Of a stretch of DNA of 32,000 bases, positions 16,335 to 25,656 are shown piece after piece. The position numbers and the translations under genes are program-made. Below the pieces are notes generated by a model. That model made no database searches and was not told the origin of the DNA. It was given only the letters and a program-made list of their open reading frames with translations. Numbering within the stretch: the stretch's first letter is position 1; every line of letters starts with the position of its first letter. This DNA comes from Clostridia bacterium (GTDB lineage: Bacteria; Bacillota; Clostridia; TANB77; CAG-465): positions 38,994 to 70,993 of the forward strand of contig JAZSNU010000003.1 of NCBI GenBank assembly GCA_045536565.1, written 5' to 3'.

Positions 16335-16703
16335 ATGATACAACAACAATCATTATTAAAGGTAGCTGATAATACTGGGGCAAAAGAATTAATGTGTATT
16401 AGAGTTTTAGGTGGACACCACAGAAAATGGGGTAACATCGGAGACGTAGTAGTGGCTTCAGTTAAAAAAGCAATACCAGGAGGCGTTGTAAAAAAAGGTG
16501 ACGTAGTTAAAGCTGTTATAGTAAGATCTAAAAGAGGTCTTAGAAGAGAAGACGGATCATATATCAGATTCGACGAAAATGCAGCAGTTATAATAAAAGA
16601 TGACAAGACTCCAAGAGGTACACGTATCTTTGGGCCTGTTGCAAGAGAATTAAGAGATGATGATTACATGAAAATCATATCTCTAGCACCAGAAGTACTA
16701 TAA
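16335..16703 (+). CDS. rplN: 50S ribosomal protein L14
   Basis: [27 protein letters not shown]. Confidence 0.97.
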   Translation: MIQQQSLLKVADNTGAKELMCIRVLGGHHRKWGNIGDVVVASVKKAIPGGVVKKGDVVKAVIVRSKRGLRREDGSYIRFDENAAVIIKDDKTPRGTRIFGPVARELRDDDYMKIISLAPEVL

Positions 16704-16720
16704 TATGGAGGTGACGAAAG

Positions 16721-17062
16721 GTGAAGAAAAACGTAGTTAACACATCAAAAGTAAAATTAAGAGTTGGAGACACTGTAATACTTGATGTTAAAAATAAAGA
16801 AGAAAGAAAAAAAGGTAAAGTGCTTTCAGTTTTAAGAAAAGAAAACAAAGTTCTTGTTGAAGGTATAAACGTAAGAACAAGACATGTTAAACCAAGAAGA
16901 CAAGGCGAAGAATCTGGAATTATAAAAAGAGAAGCACCTGTAAACATATCAAAAGTTAGCTATTTTTGTCCAAAATGTGAAAGAGGAGCAAAATTAGGAA
17001 TTAAGATTGTTGACGGAAAAAGAATAAGATTTTGCAGAAAATGTAAAGAAGAAATAAAATAA
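16721..17062 (+). CDS. rplX: 50S ribosomal protein L24 (Cys4 C-terminal variant)
   Basis: GTG start. KOW region VGDTVILDVKNKEERKKGKVL, VEGINV. The C-terminus carries CPKC...CRKC. Confidence 0.93.
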   Translation: MKKNVVNTSKVKLRVGDTVILDVKNKEERKKGKVLSVLRKENKVLVEGINVRTRHVKPRRQGEESGIIKREAPVNISKVSYFCPKCERGAKLGIKIVDGKRIRFCRKCKEEIK

Positions 17063-17085
17063 GTTAGTAAGGGGGGAAAACCTAA

Positions 17086-17625
17086 ATGAATCTTCAAGAA
17101 AGATACAAAAAAGAAGTTGTACCTGCATTAAAAGAAAAATTTGGATACAAATCAATAATGCAAGTGCCAAAATTAGAAAAAATAGTTATCAACATGGGAG
17201 TATCTGATGTAAAAGAAAGCTCTAAAGCATTAGAAATTGCTATGAGAGATTTAGAAACTATATCAGGTCAAAAACCAGTTGCAACTAGAGCTAAAAAATC
17301 AATAGCTGCATTTAAATTAAGAGAAGGAATGAATATCGGTTGTAAAGTAACTTTAAGAAGTGAAAAAATGTATGAATTCGCTACAAGATTATTCAACGTT
17401 GCACTTCCAAGAGTTAGAGATTTCAAAGGCGTATCTCCAAAATCATTTGATGGAAGAGGAAACTATGCTTTAGGAATTAAAGAGCAAATGATATTCCCTG
17501 AAATAGAATATGATAAAGTTGATAAAGCAAGAGGTATGGACGTTATATTCGTAACTACTGCTAAAAGTAACGAAGAGGCTATGGCATTACTTGAAATGCT
17601 TGGATTGCCTTTCGCAAAACACTAG
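17086..17625 (+). CDS. rplE: 50S ribosomal protein L5
   Basis: [44 protein letters not shown]. Confidence 0.97.
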   Translation: MNLQERYKKEVVPALKEKFGYKSIMQVPKLEKIVINMGVSDVKESSKALEIAMRDLETISGQKPVATRAKKSIAAFKLREGMNIGCKVTLRSEKMYEFATRLFNVALPRVRDFKGVSPKSFDGRGNYALGIKEQMIFPEIEYDKVDKARGMDVIFVTTAKSNEEAMALLEMLGLPFAKH

Positions 17626-17637
17626 GAGGTATTGAGC

Positions 17638-17823
17638 ATGGCAAAAAAATCAATGATTGCTAAGCAACAACGTGAACCAAAGTTCAGCACAAGATACTAT
17701 AATAGATGTAAATTATGTGGAAGACCACATTCATATATGAGAAAATATGGTATCTGTCGTCTTTGCTTTAGAAAATTAGCATATAACGGAGAAATACCAG
17801 GCGTTAAAAAAGCAAGCTGGTAA
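17638..17823 (+). CDS. rpsN: 30S ribosomal protein S14 type Z (zinc-binding, 61 aa)
   Basis: [16 protein letters not shown], CxxC...CxxC (CKLCGRP ... CRLCFR), C-terminal KKASW. ATG 17638 lies 8 nt after AGGAGG; the ORF track begins at an upstream TTG. Confidence 0.95.
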   Translation: MAKKSMIAKQQREPKFSTRYYNRCKLCGRPHSYMRKYGICRLCFRKLAYNGEIPGVKKASW

Positions 17824-17849
17824 TAATAAGGAAAAGGAGGTAACAGAGA

Positions 17850-18251
17850 ATGAACGTAAACGTAACAGACTCTATTGCAGATATGTTAACTAGAATAAGA
17901 AACGCTAACAAACAAAAACATCAAACTGTTGATGTTCCTTATTCAAAAGTTAAAAATGAAATAGCAAAAATACTTCTAGAAGAAGGTTATGTTTCAAATT
18001 TTGAAGTAGCTGAAAATGGAAGTCATAAAACATTAAGAATAGAACTTAAATACGATTCAAACAAACCTGTAATTCAAGGTTTAAAAAGAATATCTAAACC
18101 AGGATTAAGAATATACGCAGAAGCACAAGAACTTCCAAGAGTATTAAATGGTTTAGGAATAGCAATTATTTCTACATCAAAAGGTATCATGACTGATAGA
18201 AAAGCAAGAAACCTTAACGTAGGTGGAGAAGTAATGGCATATGTATGGTAA
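17850..18251 (+). CDS. rpsH: 30S ribosomal protein S8
   Basis: [36 protein letters not shown]. Confidence 0.97.
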   Translation: MNVNVTDSIADMLTRIRNANKQKHQTVDVPYSKVKNEIAKILLEEGYVSNFEVAENGSHKTLRIELKYDSNKPVIQGLKRISKPGLRIYAEAQELPRVLNGLGIAIISTSKGIMTDRKARNLNVGGEVMAYVW

Positions 18252-18265
18252 GGAGGAAATGAAAA

Positions 18266-18802
18266 GTGTCTAGAATAGGAAAGAAACCAATCGAAGTTCC
18301 TCAAGGTGTTGAAGTAACAATTAATGGATCTGATATAACAGTTAAAGGTCCAAAAGGAACTTTATCAAGAACAATAGATAATCACATTACAGCAAGTTTA
18401 GAAAACAACATTCTTACTGTAAACAGAGAATCTGATGATTACAAAGCACTTCATGGTCTTACTAGAACATTAATTTCTAATATGATAACAGGTGTAACAG
18501 CTGGTTATGAAAAGAAATTAGAAATTGCTGGTGTTGGATATAGAGCAGCTAAACAAGGAAATAAATTAGTACTTACTTTAGGATTCTCTCATCCAGTAGA
18601 ATTTGAAGATAGTGAAGATGTTAAAATCGAAGTACCAGACCAAACTACAATTCTTGTAAAAGGTATTGATAATCAAAAAGTTGGTCAAATGGCAGCTAAT
18701 ATAAGAGCTAAGAAACCACCTGAACCATATAAAGGTAAAGGTATAAAATACGCTGGTGAAAGAATAATCAGAAAAGAAGGTAAAGCTGGCGGTAAAAAAT
18801 AA
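18266..18802 (+). CDS. rplF: 50S ribosomal protein L6
   Basis: GTG start. [33 protein letters not shown]. Confidence 0.97.
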   Translation: MSRIGKKPIEVPQGVEVTINGSDITVKGPKGTLSRTIDNHITASLENNILTVNRESDDYKALHGLTRTLISNMITGVTAGYEKKLEIAGVGYRAAKQGNKLVLTLGFSHPVEFEDSEDVKIEVPDQTTILVKGIDNQKVGQMAANIRAKKPPEPYKGKGIKYAGERIIRKEGKAGGKK

Positions 18803-18832
18803 TAAACCCAAAATGTAAAGGAGGGAAAAACT

Positions 18833-19192
18833 GTGATAAGTAAAAGAGATAAAACAGCTAAAAGAGTAGCTAGACAAAAAAGAGTAAGAGCTAAAGTTAA
18901 AGGTACAGAAGCAAGACCAAGACTTTGCGTATTCAGAAGTTTGAACAATATATATGCTCAAATTATCGATGATACAAAAGGTGTAACACTTGCAGAAGCA
19001 TCTACTTTAGATAAAGAAGTAAATACAAAAGCTTCAAACATAGCAGCAGCAACAGAAGTTGGAACATTAATTGCTAAAAGAGCTATTGAGAAGAAAATAG
19101 ATACTGTAGTATTCGATAGAAACGGATATTTATATCATGGTAAAGTAAAAGCCCTTGCAGAAGCTGCAAGAGAGGCAGGACTTAAATTCTAA
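18833..19192 (+). CDS. rplR: 50S ribosomal protein L18
   Basis: GTG start. [46 protein letters not shown]. Confidence 0.96.
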   Translation: MISKRDKTAKRVARQKRVRAKVKGTEARPRLCVFRSLNNIYAQIIDDTKGVTLAEASTLDKEVNTKASNIAAATEVGTLIAKRAIEKKIDTVVFDRNGYLYHGKVKALAEAAREAGLKF

Positions 19193-19208
19193 GTAAAGGA
19201 GAAAAAGT

Positions 19209-19700
19209 ATGGTAGAATCAAAACAAGAATTCAAAGAAAAAGTTGTTTATGTAGGCCGTGTAGCAAAAGTTGTTAAAGGTGGAAGAACTTTTAGATTCAG
19301 CGTACTAGTAGTTGTTGGTGACGAAAAAGGTAGAGTTGGAGTAGGTTCTGGAAAAGCATCTGAAGTACCAGAAGCAATAAAGAAAGCTACAGAAGAAGCT
19401 AAAAGAAATATCATAAATGTTCCAATCGTTAATGGCACATTACCACATGAATATACAACTAACTTTGGTTCATCAAAAGTAATAATTAAACCAGCTGTTG
19501 AAGGTACAGGTGTTATCGCTGGTGGAGCAGTAAGACCAGTATTAGAACTTGCTGGAGTAAAAAATGTTACAGCTAAAACATTAGGTTCTCGTAATAGCAG
19601 AAACATAGTTCTAGCAACTATGAAAGCTTTAAAAGAAATGAGAACTCCAGAAGAAATAGCTAGACTTAGAGGAAAAACAGTAGCAGAATTATATAATTAA
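19209..19700 (+). CDS. rpsE: 30S ribosomal protein S5
   Basis: [42 protein letters not shown]. Confidence 0.97.
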   Translation: MVESKQEFKEKVVYVGRVAKVVKGGRTFRFSVLVVVGDEKGRVGVGSGKASEVPEAIKKATEEAKRNIINVPIVNGTLPHEYTTNFGSSKVIIKPAVEGTGVIAGGAVRPVLELAGVKNVTAKTLGSRNSRNIVLATMKALKEMRTPEEIARLRGKTVAELYN

Positions 19701-19732
19701 TAAGAAATGTTTTAGAGAGGAGGAAAAACCAA

Positions 19733-20173
19733 ATGAAAATACACGAATTGGGACCTGGTGCAGGAGCAAAAACAACTGTTAAAAGAGTTGGTAGAGGTAT
19801 TGGTTCTGGACTTGGTAAAACAGCAGGAAAAGGTCATAAAGGACAAAAAGCAAGAACTGGTGGAACAATCAGAAGAGGATTCGAAGGAGGACAAACTCCA
19901 TTAATGAGAAGAATTCCTAAAAGAGGATTTAACAACATTTTTGCAAAAGAATATGCAACAATTAATGTTTCAGATTTAGAAAGATTTGAAGATGGAACAG
20001 TTGTAAATATTGAATTATTATTAAACGAAGGAATAATAAGAAAAGAATTAGATGGCCTTAAAGTATTAGGAAATGGAAATTTAACTAAGAAATTAACAGT
20101 TGAGGCAACTAAGTTCTCTGCATCAGCTATAGAAAAAATAGAAGCTGCAGGTGGAAAGACAGAGGTGAAGTAA
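19733..20173 (+). CDS. rplO: 50S ribosomal protein L15
   Basis: [40 protein letters not shown]. Confidence 0.96.
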   Translation: MKIHELGPGAGAKTTVKRVGRGIGSGLGKTAGKGHKGQKARTGGTIRRGFEGGQTPLMRRIPKRGFNNIFAKEYATINVSDLERFEDGTVVNIELLLNEGIIRKELDGLKVLGNGNLTKKLTVEATKFSASAIEKIEAAGGKTEVK

Positions 20174-20174
20174 T

Positions 20175-21485
20175 ATGTTTCAAACATTGAAAGATTTATT
20201 CTCACTTAAAGATTTAAGAAAGAAAATCTTATACACTTTGTTAATAGTAATCCTATTTAGAGTAGGATCATACATAGTTGTTCCAGGAATAAATAAAATT
20301 GCATTTAATGAAGCAGTTACAGCATCATCAAATGGTATATTTAGTACAATAAATATAATTGCTGGTGGTGCATTCCAAAGATTTTCAATATTTGCAATGA
20401 CTATTTCTCCTTATATTACAGCATCAATCGTTTTAAACTTGCTTCAAGTTGTAATTCCAAGTTTAGAAAGATTAGCAAAAGAAGGAGAAACTGGTAAACA
20501 ACAATTAATGAAATATACTAAATATTTAACAATAGCTTTTGCTGTTGTTCAATCAGTAGGATTATATTTCACATATAAAGATTATTTATTAGCACCACTT
20601 AAAACTGGTATTGGTAAACCATTTGGTATGATACTATTTGTAGTATCACTTACTGCTGGTACTTCAATACTTATGTGGCTAGCAGATAAGATTACTGAAT
20701 ATGGAATTGGTAATGGTGTATCTGTAATAATCTTTACAGGTATAGTAGCAAGTGCACCAGATGCATTCTTAGCACTTGTTAGATATGCAAGTCTATCAGT
20801 TACAAAAGCTATAATCGTATCAGCTTTGGTAATTGCTATGGTAATTGTAGTAGGTGGAGTTGTACTTGTACAACAAGCTGAAAGAAGAATTCCTGTAAAC
20901 TATGCAAAAAGAGTAGTAGGAAGAAAAATGATGGGTGGTCAAAATACTCATATTCCTATTAAAGTTGCAATGGCAGGAGTTATGCCAATAATCTTTGCTA
21001 TGTCATTTATGGTACTTCCAAGTACAATAATTGGAATAGCTACAAAAGGTCAAGCAACAGGATTTTGGAAGGTTGTAGCAGAAATTTGTTCTGGTCAATC
21101 TGAAAATATCTGGTTTGTACTTATATATGTTGTAATATATACAGCATTAATTATAATGTTCACATTTGTATACACAATGTTTATGGTAAATCCAGTAGAA
21201 ATGTCAAACCAATTAAAGAAAAATGGTGGCTTTATACCTGGTATAAGAGCTGGAAAAAATACAGCAGACTATATTTCAAAGGTATTAAAAAGCGTTACAT
21301 GGGCTGGAGGAATATTCTTAGCAGCAGTTGCAATATTACCTGCACTTATCCAATTTGGAATGAAAGGTCTAACAATTGGATTTGGTGGTACATCAGTACT
21401 TATCGTAGTATCTGTTGCACTTGAAATGCTTAAAAATGTTGAAGGTCAAATGGTTAGCAGACATTATAAAGGATTCTTGGAATAA
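20175..21485 (+). CDS. secY: Preprotein translocase subunit SecY
   Basis: 436-aa polytopic protein with LRKKILYTLLI, VPGIN, FAMTISPYITASI, ITEYGIGNGVS, GGFIPGIRAG. It sits in the conserved position after rplO. Confidence 0.96.
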   Translation: MFQTLKDLFSLKDLRKKILYTLLIVILFRVGSYIVVPGINKIAFNEAVTASSNGIFSTINIIAGGAFQRFSIFAMTISPYITASIVLNLLQVVIPSLERLAKEGETGKQQLMKYTKYLTIAFAVVQSVGLYFTYKDYLLAPLKTGIGKPFGMILFVVSLTAGTSILMWLADKITEYGIGNGVSVIIFTGIVASAPDAFLALVRYASLSVTKAIIVSALVIAMVIVVGGVVLVQQAERRIPVNYAKRVVGRKMMGGQNTHIPIKVAMAGVMPIIFAMSFMVLPSTIIGIATKGQATGFWKVVAEICSGQSENIWFVLIYVVIYTALIIMFTFVYTMFMVNPVEMSNQLKKNGGFIPGIRAGKNTADYISKVLKSVTWAGGIFLAAVAILPALIQFGMKGLTIGFGGTSVLIVVSVALEMLKNVEGQMVSRHYKGFLE

Positions 21486-21504
21486 GAATAAAATATATAA
21501 AAAA

Positions 21505-21540
21505 GATTGCTTAGAGTTTAAAACTTTAAGCGATTTTTTT
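21505..21540 (+). terminator. Terminator immediately after secY
   Basis: 13-bp stem with two G-U pairs (21506-21518 / 21522-21534), followed by T7. Confidence 0.6.
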
Positions 21541-21564
21541 ACGGCAAATACGATATTTGCTAAG

Positions 21565-21593
21565 TTGACATAATGCGGATGACGTGATATAAT
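21565..21593 (+). promoter_or_regulatory. Perfect-consensus sigma-A promoter of the WG-repeat gene
   Basis: TTGACA (21565-21570), 17-nt spacer, TATAAT (21588-21593). Confidence 0.75.
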
Positions 21594-21647
21594 ATTAACG
21601 CAGTATTTTAAAAACTATTATTATAATTAATAAAGGAGAAATAGAGT

Positions 21648-22496
21648 ATGAAATTAGTAAAAAGTAAATTTAGCAAATGGCATTGGCTAGTAGATGATAA
21701 TGGAAAGAGAATAACCAAAAAGTTTGTAAAGCATTTGGATTATGAGTATGGCCCAATTAAATGTTTAATGATGGCATATAAGAATGATAGCCAAATTGGT
21801 TATCTTGTTATAACACCTGATCGCTATTTTTATTCGGAAGAAAGACCTTTTATTAACGATGTTAACAAAAAATATTATAGTGTTTCAACAGGCGTTGACG
21901 ATAAGCAAATTAACTTAACTTATAATAAAGAAGGGAAGTTAATTGGTGATGATATGTATATTTACCTTTATTTAGAGCAAGAAGGAATGTGTGCGGTTCA
22001 AATTAATGATAAAAGTGGTTTTACAGATGAAAATTTAAATTGGATAATTGAGCCCAAATTTTTAAGTATAAAAACTTTCTTCCTTCATAATAGAGCTATT
22101 GTAGAAATAGATAAAGATAAATGTGTTATTATAGACAAAAAAGGTAATTATATAGGAGAGCCTTTTGAATGTCATGAAACAGCATATATTCCCGATATAG
22201 AAATGCTATTTAAGGTAGGAATCATAACTTCTAAATCAACTAATGGCTATTCATCGAAAGACGAAGATTTATCTGAATATTGGGGTATTATGGACTTAGA
22301 TGGCAATGTAATAATCCCAACCAAATATCATGAAATTGAAAAAACAGGTAATTATTATGTGTTAAAAAGGAACGGAAAATATGGATTAGCTGACAGCGAG
22401 GGAAAAACTATTTTGGAATGTATATATCCTGAAATTGTAGAGTTGGATGATAAATTCGTTGTATCTGAGATGAAAGTAGTTGAAAAACAAAAATAA
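21648..22496 (+). CDS. WG-repeat (KWG/WG_beta_rep-like) protein, cytoplasmic, 282 aa
   Basis: Repeated units of the type (K/Y)(W/Y)G(I/L).D..G..I(I/E)P.Y..I, for example YWGIMDLDGNVIIPTKYHEIE and GKYGLADSEGKTILECIYPEI. An AGGAG SD is present. Confidence 0.6.
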   Translation: MKLVKSKFSKWHWLVDDNGKRITKKFVKHLDYEYGPIKCLMMAYKNDSQIGYLVITPDRYFYSEERPFINDVNKKYYSVSTGVDDKQINLTYNKEGKLIGDDMYIYLYLEQEGMCAVQINDKSGFTDENLNWIIEPKFLSIKTFFLHNRAIVEIDKDKCVIIDKKGNYIGEPFECHETAYIPDIEMLFKVGIITSKSTNGYSSKDEDLSEYWGIMDLDGNVIIPTKYHEIEKTGNYYVLKRNGKYGLADSEGKTILECIYPEIVELDDKFVVSEMKVVEKQK

Positions 22497-22527
22497 TAAC
22501 TATCATTATAAAGGAGATTTTATAAAA

Positions 22528-23124
22528 ATGAAGAAACGCGTTATTGTTATTATGGCATGTATAGTAATTGTCTGTTTGTTGTCTGTAATGTTATTTTCTT
22601 TAGGTTCAAAAGGAGATATTGGTCCATGCACAGAATATAAATGTGATGTGAAAAATTTTCGGTTAGCAACGACAATAGAAATTAGTAAGGATGGTAAATA
22701 TTTTTCAGAAGTTGCAGGGAATTTGTTTAAATTTGTTACTGACCCCCTTACAATGACTGATTATGAAGGAAACAAAATGGCTTATGCTGGTGATACATAT
22801 CACCTTATAGCACAAGATTCTCATGCTATTTTTGTGAATGATAAAGTCAGTGTAGAAATGGTAGGTAAAGTTGAGGTTTTCGGAGAAGAATACGATATTT
22901 ACAACAGAGATGGCAAAAAAGTAGCAAATGTTAAATTCAACGCTTTAAATACTGATGGTGAAATGTACGATAGTGACGGAAAGTTGATAGCAGATTTTAA
23001 TTCGAGAGTAGGCTTTAATGATTTTAATGTTAGAATAACAGAAAATTGTAATTTGGATGAAAAAACTGTTTTGATGATATTCAGTTCGTATTACAGCGAC
23101 CAAAAGTATGATTCTAATAATTAA
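22528..23124 (+). CDS. Membrane-anchored hypothetical protein (198 aa); possible LURP-one/tubby-like (DUF567) beta-barrel
   Basis: ATG 22528 follows AAGGAG. The N-terminal MKKRVIVIMACIVIVCLLSVMLF is a signal anchor. The remainder is beta-rich, with repeated h.h.D..G+.hA motifs. The family call is weak. Confidence 0.5.
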   Translation: MKKRVIVIMACIVIVCLLSVMLFSLGSKGDIGPCTEYKCDVKNFRLATTIEISKDGKYFSEVAGNLFKFVTDPLTMTDYEGNKMAYAGDTYHLIAQDSHAIFVNDKVSVEMVGKVEVFGEEYDIYNRDGKKVANVKFNALNTDGEMYDSDGKLIADFNSRVGFNDFNVRITENCNLDEKTVLMIFSSYYSDQKYDSNN

Positions 23125-23147
23125 GTGATTATAACAAAAATGTAGAG

Positions 23148-23173
23148 AAAGAGGCTTAAATAGCCTCTTTTTT
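23148..23173 (+). terminator. Rho-independent terminator
   Basis: 9-bp stem aaagaggct / agcctcttt, followed by TTT after the T-rich arm. Confidence 0.7.
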
Positions 23174-23220
23174 CTGTATATAATACTGTTATTATATATG
23201 CCTTGGGATGTTAACATAAC

Positions 23221-23249
23221 TTTACAAGGTTGCATATGTATGATATAAT
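23221..23249 (+). promoter_or_regulatory. Sigma-A promoter of the DUF488 operon
   Basis: TTTACA (23221-23226), 17-nt spacer, TATAAT (23244-23249). Confidence 0.65.
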
Positions 23250-23308
23250 TTATGCATAAATTAATAAATACATATTATTTAATAATATATATGAAAGGAG
23301 AGAATATT

Positions 23309-24376
23309 ATGACTAAAAAGGGATTCATGACAATAGGCTATGGAAACATGGGAGCAAAAGATTTAGTAAGCAGAATAAAAAAGCTTCGGGTAAATTGCAT
23401 AATTGATGTAAGAACACGGCCATATAGCAAATACAATATATCGTTTAACAAAGAAGAATTAAGAGAAAGGTTAAGCGATGCAGGAATATCATACTTTTGG
23501 TTCGGCAACAAACTTGGTGCAAAATATGATAAGATAAAATATTGTGATGAAAAAGGAAGAGTTGATTATGACAAGGTGGCACAGTCTGAGACATTTATTG
23601 AAGGTGTAAAAGAACTTGAAAAAATGATAACGAGATATAATGTGTGTGTGTTAGATTCACGGCAAGATCCTCTTAAAAGTCATCGCTTTTTACTTATATC
23701 TCGTTATATGAAAAAATATAACATATATCATATAATGCCAGATGGTTCTCTTGTTAAAAACGAGGAACTTGAAAGACAAATGTTAGATTTGTATGGTAAT
23801 TTAAATCAAATAACTATGCTAGATAATCAAAGTCTGGAAAGTATATTAGACAAAGTATATAGGGAACAAAGTATCAAATCTGCATATGTAAGTGAAAAAG
23901 TAATAACTTTGTTATCACAAGGTATTAAAGAAGATGCTGTTCCTAAGGCAAAGGTATATTGTATTGGCACTAAAAGTAAATCTGCTGAAACATTTTTTGA
24001 ACTACTTAAAAAGCACAAGGTTAAAAAAGTGGTTGATGTAAGAGACCATATGGTTATGAAAAAAGTGGCTTTTGCAAAACCAGAAGATATATCATACTAC
24101 TTAAAACTTAATGGTATAGAATATGAGAAATATAAAGACCTTATACCTTCATCGCGAGCTTTGTGTGTAAGGGAGTTTCACTCTTTTGCTAGATATCTCA
24201 GAATATATGAAGAAGAAATATCGGGAAGCAATTCCATACTTTCCTTGATATCTGATGGACTTGAAGGGGTATGTTTATTAGGATATGAGGAAGATTACAA
24301 AAAATGCCATAGAAACACATTAATAAACCAGTTAAAGAAAATTAATCCAAATATTACAGTAAGACATTTAAAGTGA
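23309..24376 (+). CDS. Tandem DUF488 domain protein (355 aa)
   Basis: ATG 23309 follows AAAGGAGAG. Domain 1: FMTIGYGN...LRVNCIIDVRTRPYSKYN..F.......AGISYFWFGNKLG...DPLKSHRFLL. Domain 2: VYCIGTKSKSAETFFELLKKHKVKKVVDVRD....LNGIEY...EEDYKKCHRNTLI. These match the DUF488 pattern (TIGHS..DVR..P.S...F...GI.Y..LG...C.E....CHR). Confidence 0.65.
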   Translation: MTKKGFMTIGYGNMGAKDLVSRIKKLRVNCIIDVRTRPYSKYNISFNKEELRERLSDAGISYFWFGNKLGAKYDKIKYCDEKGRVDYDKVAQSETFIEGVKELEKMITRYNVCVLDSRQDPLKSHRFLLISRYMKKYNIYHIMPDGSLVKNEELERQMLDLYGNLNQITMLDNQSLESILDKVYREQSIKSAYVSEKVITLLSQGIKEDAVPKAKVYCIGTKSKSAETFFELLKKHKVKKVVDVRDHMVMKKVAFAKPEDISYYLKLNGIEYEKYKDLIPSSRALCVREFHSFARYLRIYEEEISGSNSILSLISDGLEGVCLLGYEEDYKKCHRNTLINQLKKINPNITVRHLK

Positions 24377-24386
24377 GGAGATTGTT

Positions 24387-24953
24387 ATGATAAAAAGTAT
24401 AAGCATATTGTTAGAGGTGATTCCGAAGTATGGTGAGATACTAATTGGTGTTGGGTGTGTTTTGTTACAAGAAAATAGTGATATTCTTCAAAACATAGAA
24501 GCAAGAAGAGAACTTAAAGACTTTTTGATAGAAGACGCACCTAAATATAAAACGCTGATGGGACTATCCATGTCTTCTGAATTTCAACGGATTATGTATA
24601 AGTATACCCGGAAAATGGTAGGAATTGGTGCAGTAACAGGAGATATGTATAAAGATAAAACTGTAAACATATTACTATTGGATTTATTCATTACTACTTT
24701 ATGGCCAACAATTGTGGAAAGATATATTGATAATATTTGTCAGGGAGTAGATACAGTTATAATACCAATTAAAATTAAAAAGAGTGAATATGAAGCAATA
24801 TATGGCAATGATACTAACTTAGTTTTTTCAGAACTCAAAGAGTTTTTTCTGTGCAATGCTATGGTCATTTCAAAATCTGTTATTGAAGCAAACAAAGATA
24901 TGTCACTTGATTTAATGATTCCAATGTCACCACACCGTAAGGTTAGTTTTTAA
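24387..24953 (+). CDS. Hypothetical protein (188 aa), translationally linked to the DUF488 gene
   Basis: It starts 10 nt after the DUF488 stop with a GAGGAG SD. I recognise no motif. Confidence 0.55.
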   Translation: MIKSISILLEVIPKYGEILIGVGCVLLQENSDILQNIEARRELKDFLIEDAPKYKTLMGLSMSSEFQRIMYKYTRKMVGIGAVTGDMYKDKTVNILLLDLFITTLWPTIVERYIDNICQGVDTVIIPIKIKKSEYEAIYGNDTNLVFSELKEFFLCNAMVISKSVIEANKDMSLDLMIPMSPHRKVSF

Positions 24954-24960
24954 AACTACA

Positions 24961-24997
24961 AAGTAAAGATGATAAAAATATCATCTTTACTTTTTTT
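24961..24997 (+). terminator. Rho-independent terminator
   Basis: 14-bp perfect stem aagtaaagatgata / tatcatctttactt, followed by a T-run. Confidence 0.85.
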
Positions 24998-25040
24998 GCC
25001 ATTTATGTAATAATATATATGTGTATAAGGAGATTTTATA

Positions 25041-25655
25041 ATGGTATTTGTTATATTAGGAGCACCAGGTTCCGGGAAAGGAACAAGGTCAAAAATTTTA
25101 GAAGAAAAATTAGGAATAATTCATATTTCTACTGGTAGCCTTATAAGAGAAGATGCTGAGATGTATGAAAAATATAAAGAGGAATTAGAAAAAGGACATC
25201 TGCTTTCTGATGAGGTAATTAGTGATATATTAAAAAGAAAACTAGAAAGAGATTGTGCAGGTAAAACCTGTATAATTGATGGATATCCAAGGACTTTAAA
25301 ACAAGCATATATACTAGATAAAATGCTAACAGAGATAGGTAGAAAAATAGAGAGAGTTTTCTTGCTAGAAGCGGATATTGATACTATATATTCAAGAATA
25401 TTAAGTAGAACAGTTTGCAGCTCTTGTGGAAATATATATAACGAAAAGTATGCAAAAGAAAACAATAATAAATGTGGAAAATGTGGAAAAGAACTAACTT
25501 TAAGATTAGATGATAATGTTGCAACACTAAAAAACAGAATTAATTTATATCATGAAAATATAGATGAGATAAAAGAATACTATTCTGAGAAAAAAATATT
25601 AGAAATAGTTGATGCAAATGAAGATCCAAATAAAATAATAGAAAGGGTAAAATAA
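25041..25655 (+). CDS. adk: Adenylate kinase (zinc-lid type)
   Basis: P-loop GAPGSGKGT, DGYPRT, lid CSSCGNIY...CGKCG. Confidence 0.93.
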   Translation: MVFVILGAPGSGKGTRSKILEEKLGIIHISTGSLIREDAEMYEKYKEELEKGHLLSDEVISDILKRKLERDCAGKTCIIDGYPRTLKQAYILDKMLTEIGRKIERVFLLEADIDTIYSRILSRTVCSSCGNIYNEKYAKENNNKCGKCGKELTLRLDDNVATLKNRINLYHENIDEIKEYYSEKKILEIVDANEDPNKIIERVK

Positions 25656-25656
25656 A

